Source: Flavobacteriales bacterium
GTDB taxonomy: Bacteria; Bacteroidota; Bacteroidia; Flavobacteriales_C; GCA-002722245
Assembly: GCA_023251075.1 (NCBI GenBank)
Contig: JAHEZM010000001.1
Coordinates: forward strand, 65,676-129,675
Direction of reading: 5' to 3'
Length of the DNA stretch: 64,000 nucleotides
The position numbers and the translations under genes are program-made. The notes below the pieces were generated by a model, which had not been told where the DNA came from, searched no databases, and saw nothing but the letters and a program-made list of their open reading frames with translations. Positions 31,019 through 40,995 of the stretch are shown here, in pieces (the first letter of the stretch is position 1; each line of letters starts with the position of its first letter).

Positions 31019-33503
31019 CCCAAATTATTTTGCTTTTCTTTCTGTTAGGAGAACTAATTGTAATTTTATAGCGACCGGCAGAGGGAACTTTCAAACAAAT
31101 ATTATTGGCTCGCAATGAATACAATTTGATCTCTTGTTCATTAAAAATACTGATTAAAGGAAGTTTTCCTAAACCTTTAGCACTTATTGTATCCGTTTTG
31201 AATGATGATGATGAAAACGCATTATCATTTGGTTTAGTAATTATTGATGTGGAATATCTTGCGGTATCCTTAAACAACATGTATTTCATTTCATAAGTTT
31301 GATCTTTCTTATTACAAATAAGCATTCCAAAACCGGGAGTATATTGTAACCATGTTGGAACAGAATCAATTTTGGCAGGGTTATTAAAGATATCCATACT
31401 TACTTTATTACCAAATCCATCAATGTAATTATTATTGCCAAAACTATCGCTGGAATCAGGTAAGAAAAAACGTGGATAGGTATTGTTTACTGCAGGAATA
31501 GTAAAAGAATAAGAAGCATCCCTCCAATCCTTAATACCTTGTTGAGTAATACTAGGAAAATGCTGATCACCACCTACCAATAAAGCGGAAGATTTTCGAA
31601 TCATTAATAATGCTGTATCTCTCCCCGATTTTGGCCAACCATTACAATCCATATCTTTCGATAAATGTGTAGGATAAGCTACTGAATCATTTATAGAAAT
31701 ATTGGTTGAATCGTAAGGAACAAATCCTTTTTTTGTAGAGCTTAATGCAGCATAAACCGATTGTGTAAATGCAATTTTCATTATTTCACCATTCCAGTTT
31801 TCCGACCATTGATCTAACATTTTCAATTGAGTATTTCCCAAAAGTGTTGAGTGCGAATTGTTCAATTTTTCAAAAGAAAGGGTATCATTTAGAGCAATAC
31901 CATTTAAAATAGAAATGTTTGGTAAAGCTGTAATAGGTGATGTTTTAAACTTCCTATCTTCCAACAACGCAATTCCAATTCCGTTAAAATTTAAAGTAGT
32001 AAAATAACTTCTAGAGCTTAGATCATAAGCATTAGGTAAATGGCCGGTTTGCAATATTTCCGCAAGATTCAAAAACGCCTCATTCATTAAAAAACCACCG
32101 TTATCCGTTTGCCAATCATCTTCATGAGTTTTGTATTGAGGAGGTAAAGAGTCGGGTATTACAGATGCTTTCTTTGCACCATCACCCCATAAATTCCCTT
32201 GTCGATAATCATGATCATCCAATATAATTAAGCAAGGTAAATTCCGTGTAACATCATTAAATTCTCTACACCACAACAACCAACGATAGTAATAATCAGC
32301 AATGAACAAAGTACTATCGGTTTCCATCATCACAGGGCGGGATTCATACATTTGATCTCCCAGAAAAACCAACAAATCGGGGTTTTCTAACTTAACTTTT
32401 TCATGAATCATTTCATAGGGAGTCCAAAATGTTTTATAATCGGTATTGCTATTTGAAATAAATGGTATGCCATTACAACTCATGGCCATTATTTTTACTT
32501 CATTTTTTTTCGACTGTTTCGTGATATGTCCTTCGTAATATGTTCCTATCATTTCTTTGTTATTCCACAAACTAACTCTGTAAGGAGTACTACCTTCCCT
32601 ATTCCATTTTATATTTCTGAAACGAGCTTGCATAGCGAAAGTATCCACAGGAAGTCTTCTCAATTTTTGCCAAAAACCATTTCTCCTTACTTCTAAAAGA
32701 AGTTCGTAATTCTTCTCTTTTGCAAGAGGTGCCAGTTGAGCGGAGAAGTTTAAAACATCAGCATTAAAAGAATACAAACAAGTACTGATTGGTCCGAAAT
32801 TTCTTTCTGACAAATCAGCTAAGGGAAGCAATAAATCATTAAAAAAATATTCTGAATTTCTCTGCTTAGAAGAAGCTGCAAAACAAATGCTTCCTTCTAA
32901 AATATTTCTGGAAACATACATTTCGGCTGCTACTATATTATCAACAAAAACCACCAGCACCAATGAATCTCCTTGTTGCACCATATTATAATCAAGGGTT
33001 AATCCTGCCCTATTGTATTTATTAAGTAACGATGTGTCTAACGAATTGGAGACTGCTTTTTCATGAGAAGATAATTCTTCAATAAAAACATGATCATATT
33101 CTATTCCTATCCAATAACCATCTTCTTCTAAAGAATACAAATGAATCATTGATCTGCTGTTGTAGTTTAGTTTGTTATTCGACAAACCTATTATTATTCC
33201 TGCTTTTCCAAATGAATCAATAGCGGCTGTATCATTTCTCCCTACTAAAAAAGATCCTGATAAAGAGTTTTCAAAATTCTCGAACGGGAGGTAATGAAGT
33301 GTGCTCATTCTACTCGGACGAGAACAATAAACCTTACCATTTTTAACTTCCCATTCTTGTAAACTATTAGGCCAAAACGATTCTCCTATCCAGCGCTGAT
33401 TGGAAGCATTGCTCCAAGAATACATCTGATTAATGGGAGCCGCAAATTGAGAGTGCAGAAACTGTTGAAATAACAAAAAAAGTAAAAAGAAATAAACTCT
33501 CAT
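31005..33503 (-). CDS. PhoD-like metallophosphatase with large N-terminal extension
   Basis: 832 aa with a signal peptide. The metallophosphatase motifs LVFLGDQMYE, ILDDHDYRQGNLWGDG and GGDQHF are present. Confidence 0.7.
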   Translation of the reverse strand: MRVYFFLLFLLFQQFLHSQFAAPINQMYSWSNASNQRWIGESFWPNSLQEWEVKNGKVYCSRPSRMSTLHYLPFENFENSLSGSFLVGRNDTAAIDSFGKAGIIIGLSNNKLNYNSRSMIHLYSLEEDGYWIGIEYDHVFIEELSSHEKAVSNSLDTSLLNKYNRAGLTLDYNMVQQGDSLVLVVFVDNIVAAEMYVSRNILEGSICFAASSKQRNSEYFFNDLLLPLADLSERNFGPISTCLYSFNADVLNFSAQLAPLAKEKNYELLLEVRRNGFWQKLRRLPVDTFAMQARFRNIKWNREGSTPYRVSLWNNKEMIGTYYEGHITKQSKKNEVKIMAMSCNGIPFISNSNTDYKTFWTPYEMIHEKVKLENPDLLVFLGDQMYESRPVMMETDSTLFIADYYYRWLLWCREFNDVTRNLPCLIILDDHDYRQGNLWGDGAKKASVIPDSLPPQYKTHEDDWQTDNGGFLMNEAFLNLAEILQTGHLPNAYDLSSRSYFTTLNFNGIGIALLEDRKFKTSPITALPNISILNGIALNDTLSFEKLNNSHSTLLGNTQLKMLDQWSENWNGEIMKIAFTQSVYAALSSTKKGFVPYDSTNISINDSVAYPTHLSKDMDCNGWPKSGRDTALLMIRKSSALLVGGDQHFPSITQQGIKDWRDASYSFTIPAVNNTYPRFFLPDSSDSFGNNNYIDGFGNKVSMDIFNNPAKIDSVPTWLQYTPGFGMLICNKKDQTYEMKYMLFKDTARYSTSIITKPNDNAFSSSSFKTDTISAKGLGKLPLISIFNEQEIKLYSLRANNICLKVPSAGRYKITISSPNRKKSKIIWVDVK

Positions 33504-33572
33504 TCTTAGGGCGATTGTTAAACAAGGATAACAAAATGCAAAGAATAAAAAAAGTACTAATTTCAGGCCCGC

Positions 33573-34952
33573 ATGATTTTGATTTTTGTTATTCTATATC
33601 TCTTATTCACAGTAGCTATTGGCGTTTTTGCCAATCGTTATGTAAAAAACTCTTCCGACTTTATGCTGGCCGGCAAGCAACTGCCTATGTTTGTTACTGC
33701 CTCCGCCCTCTTCGCCACCTGGTTTGGCGCAGAAACTATCTTAGGTTCTTCCACAGAATTTATTCAACACGGATTTTTAGGAGTAATTGAAGATCCTTTT
33801 GGAGCAGCTTTGTGTTTGTTGTTGATTGGATTCTTTTTTGCGCGACCATTATACAGAATGAATCTCGTTTCATTTGGTGATTTCTATAAAGAGAAATTTG
33901 GTGCTAAAACAGAATTAATTGCCAGTATATTAATTGTGATCTCTTATTTCGGATGGATAGCCGCACAATTGGTAGCGCTCGGTATTCTATTCCATCAGGT
34001 AGCAAACGTCCCTGAATATATGGGCGTTATTATTGGCGCGGCAATCGTAATGGCTTACACCATCACCGGTGGTATGTGGGCCATAGCTTTAACCGATACC
34101 ATTCAAACATTAGTGATTATTGTTGGGCTCATTATTATTGCTGTTATCCTCACTGAAAAAACCGATGGTTTTACAGCTGTTGTCTCTAATACTCCTAAAG
34201 ATTTTTATCGCTTTGTTCCCTTTGAAGGAAAGGAATGGATAGCTTACATTGCTACATGGATTACCATAGGCTTAGGTTCAATTCCTCAACAAGATGTTTT
34301 CCAAAGAGTAATGTCTTCTAAATCAGAAAAAGTGGCGGCTCAGAGTTCTATTTGGGCCGGATTTTTTTATTTGAGCATTGGATTGATTCCTTTGTATATA
34401 GGACTTTGTGCTTACCAACTCGAACCATCAGCGTTGTTGAATGAAGAACAAGGTTTTTTGCCTTACGCGATTCAAAAACACACGAATACTTTTGTGCAAG
34501 CTTTATTTTTTGGAGCCATGATTTCAGCCATTCTAAGTACTGCCAGCGGGGCTATCCTCGCTCCTTCCACTGTGATGGGTGAAAATATCCTACGAAGATT
34601 CAGAAAAAACATGGATGATAAAACCTTGTTGAAAATGGTTCGCGTTTCTGTTCTTATGATTACCCTAATATCTGTTTTTATTTCATTTTTCGAAAGTGAT
34701 ATTTATGAACTGGTAGCGGGTTCATCGGAAATAACTTTAGCTTCTCTTTTTGTTCCTATGTTGGGCGGACTCTATTTCAAAAACAAATCGGAAAGAGCTG
34801 CGCTTTGCTCTATCTTTTTTGGATTAATAGTGTGGTTGGTCCTAAAATTTTCGGGTACTGACATAACACGGACTTTATACGCTTTAGGCGCATCAGCATT
34901 AGGTTGGTTCGTAGGAATATCAACCACTCCAAAGAATAGTAATGAAAAATAA
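33573..34952 (+). CDS. Sodium:solute symporter family transporter
   Basis: 459-aa polytopic ORF. The N-terminus (NRYVKNSSDFMLAGKQLP...ATWFGAETILG) is typical of the SSS family. Confidence 0.85.
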   Translation: MILIFVILYLLFTVAIGVFANRYVKNSSDFMLAGKQLPMFVTASALFATWFGAETILGSSTEFIQHGFLGVIEDPFGAALCLLLIGFFFARPLYRMNLVSFGDFYKEKFGAKTELIASILIVISYFGWIAAQLVALGILFHQVANVPEYMGVIIGAAIVMAYTITGGMWAIALTDTIQTLVIIVGLIIIAVILTEKTDGFTAVVSNTPKDFYRFVPFEGKEWIAYIATWITIGLGSIPQQDVFQRVMSSKSEKVAAQSSIWAGFFYLSIGLIPLYIGLCAYQLEPSALLNEEQGFLPYAIQKHTNTFVQALFFGAMISAILSTASGAILAPSTVMGENILRRFRKNMDDKTLLKMVRVSVLMITLISVFISFFESDIYELVAGSSEITLASLFVPMLGGLYFKNKSERAALCSIFFGLIVWLVLKFSGTDITRTLYALGASALGWFVGISTTPKNSNEK

Positions 34953-35021
34953 TCTCTTTTTTTAAGCGCTTGTTTTACTACGCTACTTCCTATATATTCG
35001 CTAAACAAAATCACTTTATAT

Positions 35022-37256
35022 ATGAGAATGCGACAAATCTTACTTTCAAGCACTACAGCTATTGCTCTTTTTTCTTGTTCTCCGGCTAACGAGACCGCAA
35101 ATACAAAAAACGACTTTCCTGAAGAAGTGAACAAACTTCTTAATGAAATGACTATAGAGGAGAAAGTAGGGCAAATGGCCATTCTCAATTTAACTGTTCT
35201 TACAAAATTTGATTCAGCCAAAGGCAAAATGGTTTTAGATAAAAACCTTTTGGAAGAAATATTAGTGAAACGTAAAGTTGGAAATATTTTAAATACTTAT
35301 TCTTCAGCCCTAGATCAGGAAGAATGGAGAAGTATTGTAACAGAAATTCAAAACTACGCTGCTAAAACACCTCATAAAATTCCGGTATTGTATGGAATTG
35401 ATGCGATACATGGGGCTACTTATCATAAAGAAGCAGTATTGTTTCCACAAAATATAGCCTTGGCTGCTTCAAGAAATCCAGAATTGTCGCGCTTAGGTGC
35501 AAAAGCTACGGCTGCTGATGTACGTGCTGCAGGTATTCGTTGGAACTATGCTCCTGTGTTAGATGTTGCGCGTCAGCCACTATGGGCTCGCTTTGGCGAA
35601 ACTTATGGTGAAGATCCTAAGTTGGTTGCCGATATGGGCTGTGCTGCTATTAAAGGATATGAAGAAGATGGCTTAGATAAAAAAACAGGTGTTGCTTCTT
35701 GCATGAAACACTATTTAGGTTACTCTGCTCCTGCTACAGGAAAAGACAGAACTCCTTCTATTATTCCTGAAACTCAATTGAGGGAAATTTTCTTGCCCCC
35801 TTTCGAAGCGGCTGTTAAAGCAGGTTCTTCCACTATCATGATTAATTCTGGAGAAATTAATGGCGTGCCAGTTCACTCTTCTAAATTTTTATTGACTGAT
35901 GTATTGCGTGGAGAACTTGGATTTAAAGGTGTTGCCGTTACCGATTGGTTGGATATTAAACGCTTACATGGTCGTCATCGCATTGCTAAAGATGAGCGTG
36001 AAGCTGTGAAAATTGGAATTATGGCTGGTATCGATATGAGCATGGTTCCGTTTAAAACCGACTTCCTGGATTATTTAATTGATCTGGTAAATAAAGGTGA
36101 AGTTCCCTTGGAAAGAATTGATGAGGCGGTAGGTAGAATTTTGACTTTAAAACACAAGTTAGGCTTATTCAAAAATGCTTATCCTGAGAAAGATGCAATA
36201 GCTCAGTTTAACAATCCAAAGAATAAAGAAATTGCTTTAGATGCTGCTCGTCAGGCAATGACTTTATTAAAAAATAATGGTGGAATTTTACCATTGAAAA
36301 AAGGCACTAAAATATTGTTGGCCGGTCCGGCTGCCGATAAAGTTTCTTATTTAAATGGTTGCTGGTCGTTCACTTGGCAAGGAAATGAAGAAGATAAATA
36401 TCCTTCTTACTATACCACAATTTTTGAAGAATTAAAAAATGTAGCCGGAGCTGAAAATGTAGCTATTGAAACGTCTAATTATTTGAAAAAATCAAATGCC
36501 GACGTAATTGTTCTTTGCTTGGGGGAAGATGCTTATGCTGAAACTCCTGGTTCTATTCGTCAACTAGACTTAGATTCTACACAACAAGAATTGGTAAAAT
36601 CTGCTTACGCAACAGGAAAGCCTGTAATTATAGTACTTACCGAAGGTCGTCCGCGATTAATAAAAAACATCGAACCACTGGCCAAAGGAATTTTAATGGC
36701 ATACTGGCCGGGTAGCATGGGAGGAAAAGCTATTTCAGAAACCTTATTTGGTTTAAACAATCCATCTGGAAAATTACCTTTTACTTATCCTAAATACAGT
36801 GGGAATATTTTAACCTACGACTGTAAATATTCTGATGTGGAAGAAGATTTAGGTATGGGCGATAAAGAAACTGGTTACGACGTACAGTGGCCTTTTGGAT
36901 TCGGATTAAGCTATACTACTTATGAATACTCAGCTTTAAATTGCAATACTGTTTTAAAGGGAGATGCTTCTCTAATGGTGTCAGTAACGGTTAAAAATAC
37001 CGGAACCGTTGATGGAACAGAAATAGTTGAATTATACAGCAGAGATCATTTTGCAAGCATCACTCCTTCTGTAAAAAGATTACGCGCTTTCCAACGTGTA
37101 GTTTTAAAAGCTGGAGAGAGCAAAACCATTTCTTTTAGCATCAATGCAAAAGATCTTTCTTTCATCAACGCACAATATAAAAGAGTTACCGAAGATGGGA
37201 AGTTTGACGTAATGATTGGAAATTTGAAAAAGGAGTTTAGTTATTTTGAAAAATAA
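35022..37256 (+). CDS. Glycoside hydrolase family 3 beta-glucosidase
   Basis: It has a lipoprotein-like N-terminus, a GIDAIHG motif and the nucleophile region GFKGVAVTDW. A C-terminal FnIII-like domain follows. Confidence 0.9.
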   Translation: MRMRQILLSSTTAIALFSCSPANETANTKNDFPEEVNKLLNEMTIEEKVGQMAILNLTVLTKFDSAKGKMVLDKNLLEEILVKRKVGNILNTYSSALDQEEWRSIVTEIQNYAAKTPHKIPVLYGIDAIHGATYHKEAVLFPQNIALAASRNPELSRLGAKATAADVRAAGIRWNYAPVLDVARQPLWARFGETYGEDPKLVADMGCAAIKGYEEDGLDKKTGVASCMKHYLGYSAPATGKDRTPSIIPETQLREIFLPPFEAAVKAGSSTIMINSGEINGVPVHSSKFLLTDVLRGELGFKGVAVTDWLDIKRLHGRHRIAKDEREAVKIGIMAGIDMSMVPFKTDFLDYLIDLVNKGEVPLERIDEAVGRILTLKHKLGLFKNAYPEKDAIAQFNNPKNKEIALDAARQAMTLLKNNGGILPLKKGTKILLAGPAADKVSYLNGCWSFTWQGNEEDKYPSYYTTIFEELKNVAGAENVAIETSNYLKKSNADVIVLCLGEDAYAETPGSIRQLDLDSTQQELVKSAYATGKPVIIVLTEGRPRLIKNIEPLAKGILMAYWPGSMGGKAISETLFGLNNPSGKLPFTYPKYSGNILTYDCKYSDVEEDLGMGDKETGYDVQWPFGFGLSYTTYEYSALNCNTVLKGDASLMVSVTVKNTGTVDGTEIVELYSRDHFASITPSVKRLRAFQRVVLKAGESKTISFSINAKDLSFINAQYKRVTEDGKFDVMIGNLKKEFSYFEK

Positions 37257-37279
37257 GGTTCTACAAAACTTGAATCATC

Positions 37280-38374
37280 TTAATAAGGTGCTTTTCTTTC
37301 TCTTTTTTTCTTCCCCCTCACGTCAATCCTGTGTGCGTAAATAAAATTGACGGTAGAGAAATTATAATCCATAGTACTTCCAAAGCTTTGTCCCAAAGAG
37401 ATATTATTGAAAACATAAGTTAAACCAAAGTAATTCGAGTGACTATTGTAGCCCATCGCTCCTCTCCACATCATATTTGCAGAGCCTTTAATAACGTTAA
37501 TACCATTAGGTGCCGCAGCACTATAATACCAATGTGATTGTGAATTCAGAAAAACAGTTCCCATCAATGTAAAGAACCAATGTTCCTTATATACATAGGT
37601 ATAAGCATAACCCACACCCAAGCCTAATGTTGCGGTTTGTAATTTGGTAATTCTCTCTACAGGTTTAAAATTCATTGCAATAACATAAGGCGTTAAAGCG
37701 GAATCGGTACTAGCGTTTGCAGTACCTGTAATGCCCCCATGAGTATTCATCTCAAAACCCGTCCAATTCATTGCTATTAATGGTGTTCCTTTGCTTTTCA
37801 ACTGCCTTTCCGTTTGAGAGAAGATAGCTTTGAAGGAGAATTTTTTATGTCGGATATTATAATAAACAATTCCACCTGAAGAAGTGGTATTGATATCGGG
37901 ACGTTGATAATAAATACCCGGTTTGTTCCAAAAAGGGAACACACTTTTGGTGTTTGCTAAATAATACCCACCAAATTTTTGAGCCCAGAAATCAGTAACC
38001 CACGATCTGCCATTGGTAGTAATTCTTAAATCGAAATGAGAGGAAACACCTTTTGATTTTTTATCCCAATTGGGAAAAGGAGTAAATAAAGTAGCCGATA
38101 AGTTGAGCCATTTGTAGCTAAATCCAATACCAATAGAAAATGGACGATTAACCTGATAATCCAGAAGTTCTCGTTTGTTACCTCCCTGCTGCTTAACCTG
38201 ATCGCTCTTAAAAGTGAGAAAAGTTCTTAAAGTTAGTCTTTCTCTATGTGAATCGATGTAATTGGTATCGTAATTTAAATCATCTTCTTCCGCTTTTTTA
38301 GCTAAAGATTCATGTTGAGTAAAAGAAATTAAGGGGAGAAGGGTGAAAAATAATATGGTAATTTTTTTAGTCAT
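37280..38374 (-). CDS. Hypothetical outer-membrane protein (possibly DUF4421-like)
   Basis: 364-aa ORF with a signal peptide and a beta-strand-rich, aromatic-rich sequence. Confidence 0.6.
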   Translation of the reverse strand: MTKKITILFFTLLPLISFTQHESLAKKAEEDDLNYDTNYIDSHRERLTLRTFLTFKSDQVKQQGGNKRELLDYQVNRPFSIGIGFSYKWLNLSATLFTPFPNWDKKSKGVSSHFDLRITTNGRSWVTDFWAQKFGGYYLANTKSVFPFWNKPGIYYQRPDINTTSSGGIVYYNIRHKKFSFKAIFSQTERQLKSKGTPLIAMNWTGFEMNTHGGITGTANASTDSALTPYVIAMNFKPVERITKLQTATLGLGVGYAYTYVYKEHWFFTLMGTVFLNSQSHWYYSAAAPNGINVIKGSANMMWRGAMGYNSHSNYFGLTYVFNNISLGQSFGSTMDYNFSTVNFIYAHRIDVRGKKKRERKAPY

Positions 38375-39204
38375 TAAACCACAGCCATATTCAACATATT
38401 AATGATTTGAGAAGAAGTATTAGCTGTGTACTGGCGACCTGCAAAACTCCCCACCCACTGAATTCCTTTCACCACATTAGTCAAGAAAATTTCATCAGCA
38501 TCTTTTAAACGATCAACATCGATATTGTCTTCAATCACCTGACCCGGAGCCATTAAATCAAAAATCAAACTTCTCATTACACCTTCCACACAGCCTTCGG
38601 TTAAAGCAGGAGTAATAATTTGATTTCCTTCTACTATAAAAATATTTGAACTTATACATTCGCTCACTCTATCGGCATCGTTTAGAATTGCCACATCATC
38701 GAAATTACTTTTTTGTGCAAAAATTCCAGCCAAAACAAAAGGCAGAGAATTAATGGTTTTAAAATTTGAAAATGGTTGTCGGCTTTTCATAACATCACAA
38801 AACAAACCTAAATTCAATCCTCTTTCATTGATTTCATAAATAGATTTCTCTAATGGGGTACCTTCAATAATAAAACCTAGTTTATTTCTATCGGGGGTGT
38901 ACAAACCACCAGCATCACGATAAATCGACAATCTTAATCTACAATCGGGAAAGTTATTTCTAACGAAATATTTTTTGATTTGAGTTTCCCAAAATTCCTT
39001 ATCCATTCCGGTAGTGTCAAAACCAAAAAAGTCGAGTGTTCTTTCTAAGCGTTCGTAGTGACGATCCCAAAAAAGTATATTGTTATTTGAAATTCTAAGG
39101 GTTTCAAAGAAACCATCACCATATTTAAAAGCACGATTGGCCGATGTGAATAGCTTCTCGCTATCCTCCACCAGAAATCCGTTATAATTATGGTAAACAT
39201 GCAT
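38374..39204 (-). CDS. Class IV aminotransferase (aminodeoxychorismate lyase / branched-chain type)
   Basis: It has the FKYGDGFFETLR motif and a Lys-containing FKTINSLPFVLA segment. Confidence 0.8.
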   Translation of the reverse strand: MHVYHNYNGFLVEDSEKLFTSANRAFKYGDGFFETLRISNNNILFWDRHYERLERTLDFFGFDTTGMDKEFWETQIKKYFVRNNFPDCRLRLSIYRDAGGLYTPDRNKLGFIIEGTPLEKSIYEINERGLNLGLFCDVMKSRQPFSNFKTINSLPFVLAGIFAQKSNFDDVAILNDADRVSECISSNIFIVEGNQIITPALTEGCVEGVMRSLIFDLMAPGQVIEDNIDVDRLKDADEIFLTNVVKGIQWVGSFAGRQYTANTSSQIINMLNMAVV

Positions 39205-39251
39205 ACTTTAAATGTTCAAAATTTTGTATTCGACGGTCAAATTTAGAATAT

Positions 39252-39734
39252 CTATTTTATTTGATCTAAAATATTCAACTTTAATTGATTCACATCTATT
39301 TTTATTCCCTTCACTCCTGCTTTTTCAGCGCAAACAATATCACGTGGTTTATCGCCAATGAAATAAGATTGAGCAGGATCAATATTGTACTTATACAACG
39401 CCTTCTCTACCATTAATGAATCGGGTTTTCTGCACAAACACTTTTGTAAATCGCTGTGGTGCGGACAATAATAAATCTCAGAAATAGGAGTTCCGTTTTC
39501 TTTAAAGCTCTTTTCTATGTGCGTATGAATTCTCTCAACATCCTCACCTGTAAAGCGTTTTTTATCCATACCCCCTTGATTCGTGATTACCACCAATAAA
39601 TACCCTCTTTTGGTAATCTCTGTAGCGATTTCAAATAAATTATCCAGAAATCGAAATTCCTCCATTTTATAGATATAATCATCCGGATCATAGTTGATCA
39701 CTCCATCTCTATCTAGAAATACTGCTTTGTTCAT
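39252..39734 (-). CDS. gmhB: D-glycero-D-manno-heptose 1,7-bisphosphate phosphatase (HAD-IIIA)
   Basis: It has the HAD motif I AVFLDRDGVIN, the Zn-binding CPHH...CLCRKP segment and the motif GDKPRD. Confidence 0.8.
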   Translation of the reverse strand: MNKAVFLDRDGVINYDPDDYIYKMEEFRFLDNLFEIATEITKRGYLLVVITNQGGMDKKRFTGEDVERIHTHIEKSFKENGTPISEIYYCPHHSDLQKCLCRKPDSLMVEKALYKYNIDPAQSYFIGDKPRDIVCAEKAGVKGIKIDVNQLKLNILDQIK

Positions 39735-40349
39735 TTAGAATATTTTTTGAATTTCATGTAAAAAATGCCCCCACAGCAATGGTTGTAAAAACAGTGGGAA
39801 AATAAAACCAAAAATAGCACCCCAAAAATGGGCATCGTGGCCAATGTTATCTATATTTTTTTTGCCCATATAATAGGAAAAAGCAAGAAAAACAATACCA
39901 AACACAAGAGAGTTCATTGGAATGAAATAAATCCTCATCATTCCTCCCGGATCAATCAAGATACTTGTGAAAATTACAGCACTTACGGCACCAGAAGCAC
40001 CTAAGGCATTATAGTAAGAATTGTTTTTATGCTTTGCTAAAGAATAAAGAGAACTAAAAGCCAATCCACCAACATACAAAAGAGCATAATTTACCATGCC
40101 CATTTTTTCACCAAAAATTTCTTTAAAAACCTCTTCAATTATTCTTCCAAACGAATACAAGGCCAGCATATTAAATCCTAAATGCACCCAGTCGGCATGT
40201 AAAAATCCGCTCGAAAAAATTCTATACCATTGCTTTTTATGAGATACAGCATAAGCATTGAAGCGATACTTATAAACAAAATCAGGGCGATTAAAGCCCT
40301 GAATTGAAGTAACTACTGTTACTAATATGATGAGTATAGTAATCGACAT
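39735..40349 (-). CDS. Rhomboid family intramembrane serine protease
   Basis: It has HADWVHLGFNMLALY (HxxxN), the catalytic GASGAV and a downstream His in a TM helix. Confidence 0.85.
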   Translation of the reverse strand: MSITILIILVTVVTSIQGFNRPDFVYKYRFNAYAVSHKKQWYRIFSSGFLHADWVHLGFNMLALYSFGRIIEEVFKEIFGEKMGMVNYALLYVGGLAFSSLYSLAKHKNNSYYNALGASGAVSAVIFTSILIDPGGMMRIYFIPMNSLVFGIVFLAFSYYMGKKNIDNIGHDAHFWGAIFGFIFPLFLQPLLWGHFLHEIQKIF

Positions 40350-40352
40350 TTC

Positions 40353-40844
40353 TTAACTTTCGTACTCTTTTGATTTGCTTAACTTCTTCCCTTTTTTTCC
40401 TTTTCCTTTTGCACTAGTTTGTTCTTCATCAGGAAATATATCAACAATGTTTGTTTTGCTAATCATTGGCAACTCCCACTCTACCACTGATCCTTGCATT
40501 TTTTCAGTTAGCAATTCACTTGCTTCAGCTAAAGTATCTGCTGCTACCAAATAATTTTCGGTAACTTTCTTTTCCTTTCCAGAATCCTCATCTTGAGAGA
40601 TATAAGTCAATTTACATTTGTAATAAGCTTCAGCTCCTTCATTAAAAATGATATCGCTTATATTGCTTTTGGCACAAGTTAATAAATTGTATTCAGGAAT
40701 ACTTTCTTCTAAAGCAGCTTGTAAACGAGCTTCAGCTTCAGTAAACGATTCTGCATTTAATAAATATTGTTCTGATTTCTTATAAATACTACCGTTTTCA
40801 GCTTGCTTTAAATAACTAATTTTACAACCAAACCAACTTGCCAT
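40353..40844 (-). CDS. Hypothetical cytoplasmic protein (possibly DUF4494) with Lys-rich tail
   Basis: 163-aa ORF with a C-terminal KGKGKKGKKLSKSKE. It is separated by 3 nt from the rhomboid gene. Confidence 0.6.
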   Translation of the reverse strand: MASWFGCKISYLKQAENGSIYKKSEQYLLNAESFTEAEARLQAALEESIPEYNLLTCAKSNISDIIFNEGAEAYYKCKLTYISQDEDSGKEKKVTENYLVAADTLAEASELLTEKMQGSVVEWELPMISKTNIVDIFPDEEQTSAKGKGKKGKKLSKSKEYES

Positions 40845-40971
40845 AATTTTCTTTTTTTAAATTGAGGGGCTAAGTTAGAAAAAATGTTTAAGCTACAAAG
40901 CCCAGAATTGAAGGTTCTTCTTCTTTAAAACTTTGAATACTTAAACTTTGAATATTGAAGCAAATTTTTCC

Positions 40972-40979
40972 TATTTTTG
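40972..40979 (+). promoter_or_regulatory. -7 promoter box (TAttTTTG) for the dihydroorotase-like gene
   Basis: It matches TAnnTTTG and ends 16 nt upstream of the ATG at 40996. Confidence 0.45.
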
Positions 40980-40995
40980 AAAAAATTATACGCCA

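Noticed and set aside
33515-33790. The 91-aa + strand ORF overlapping the symporter start in another frame.
   Set aside because: The symporter frame from 33573 gives a canonical SSS N-terminus. The alternative frame is Arg/Cys-rich junk.
34772-35227. The 151-aa - strand ORF spanning the symporter 3' end and the GH3 5' end.
   Set aside because: It is antisense to two confident genes and has no recognisable motifs.
40928-40954. A tandem duplication aaactttgaata (40928..40939 and 40943..40954) in the divergent promoter region, considered as an operator.
   Set aside because: There are only two short AT-rich copies. It could equally be a pair of degenerate -7-like boxes, so the evidence is insufficient.
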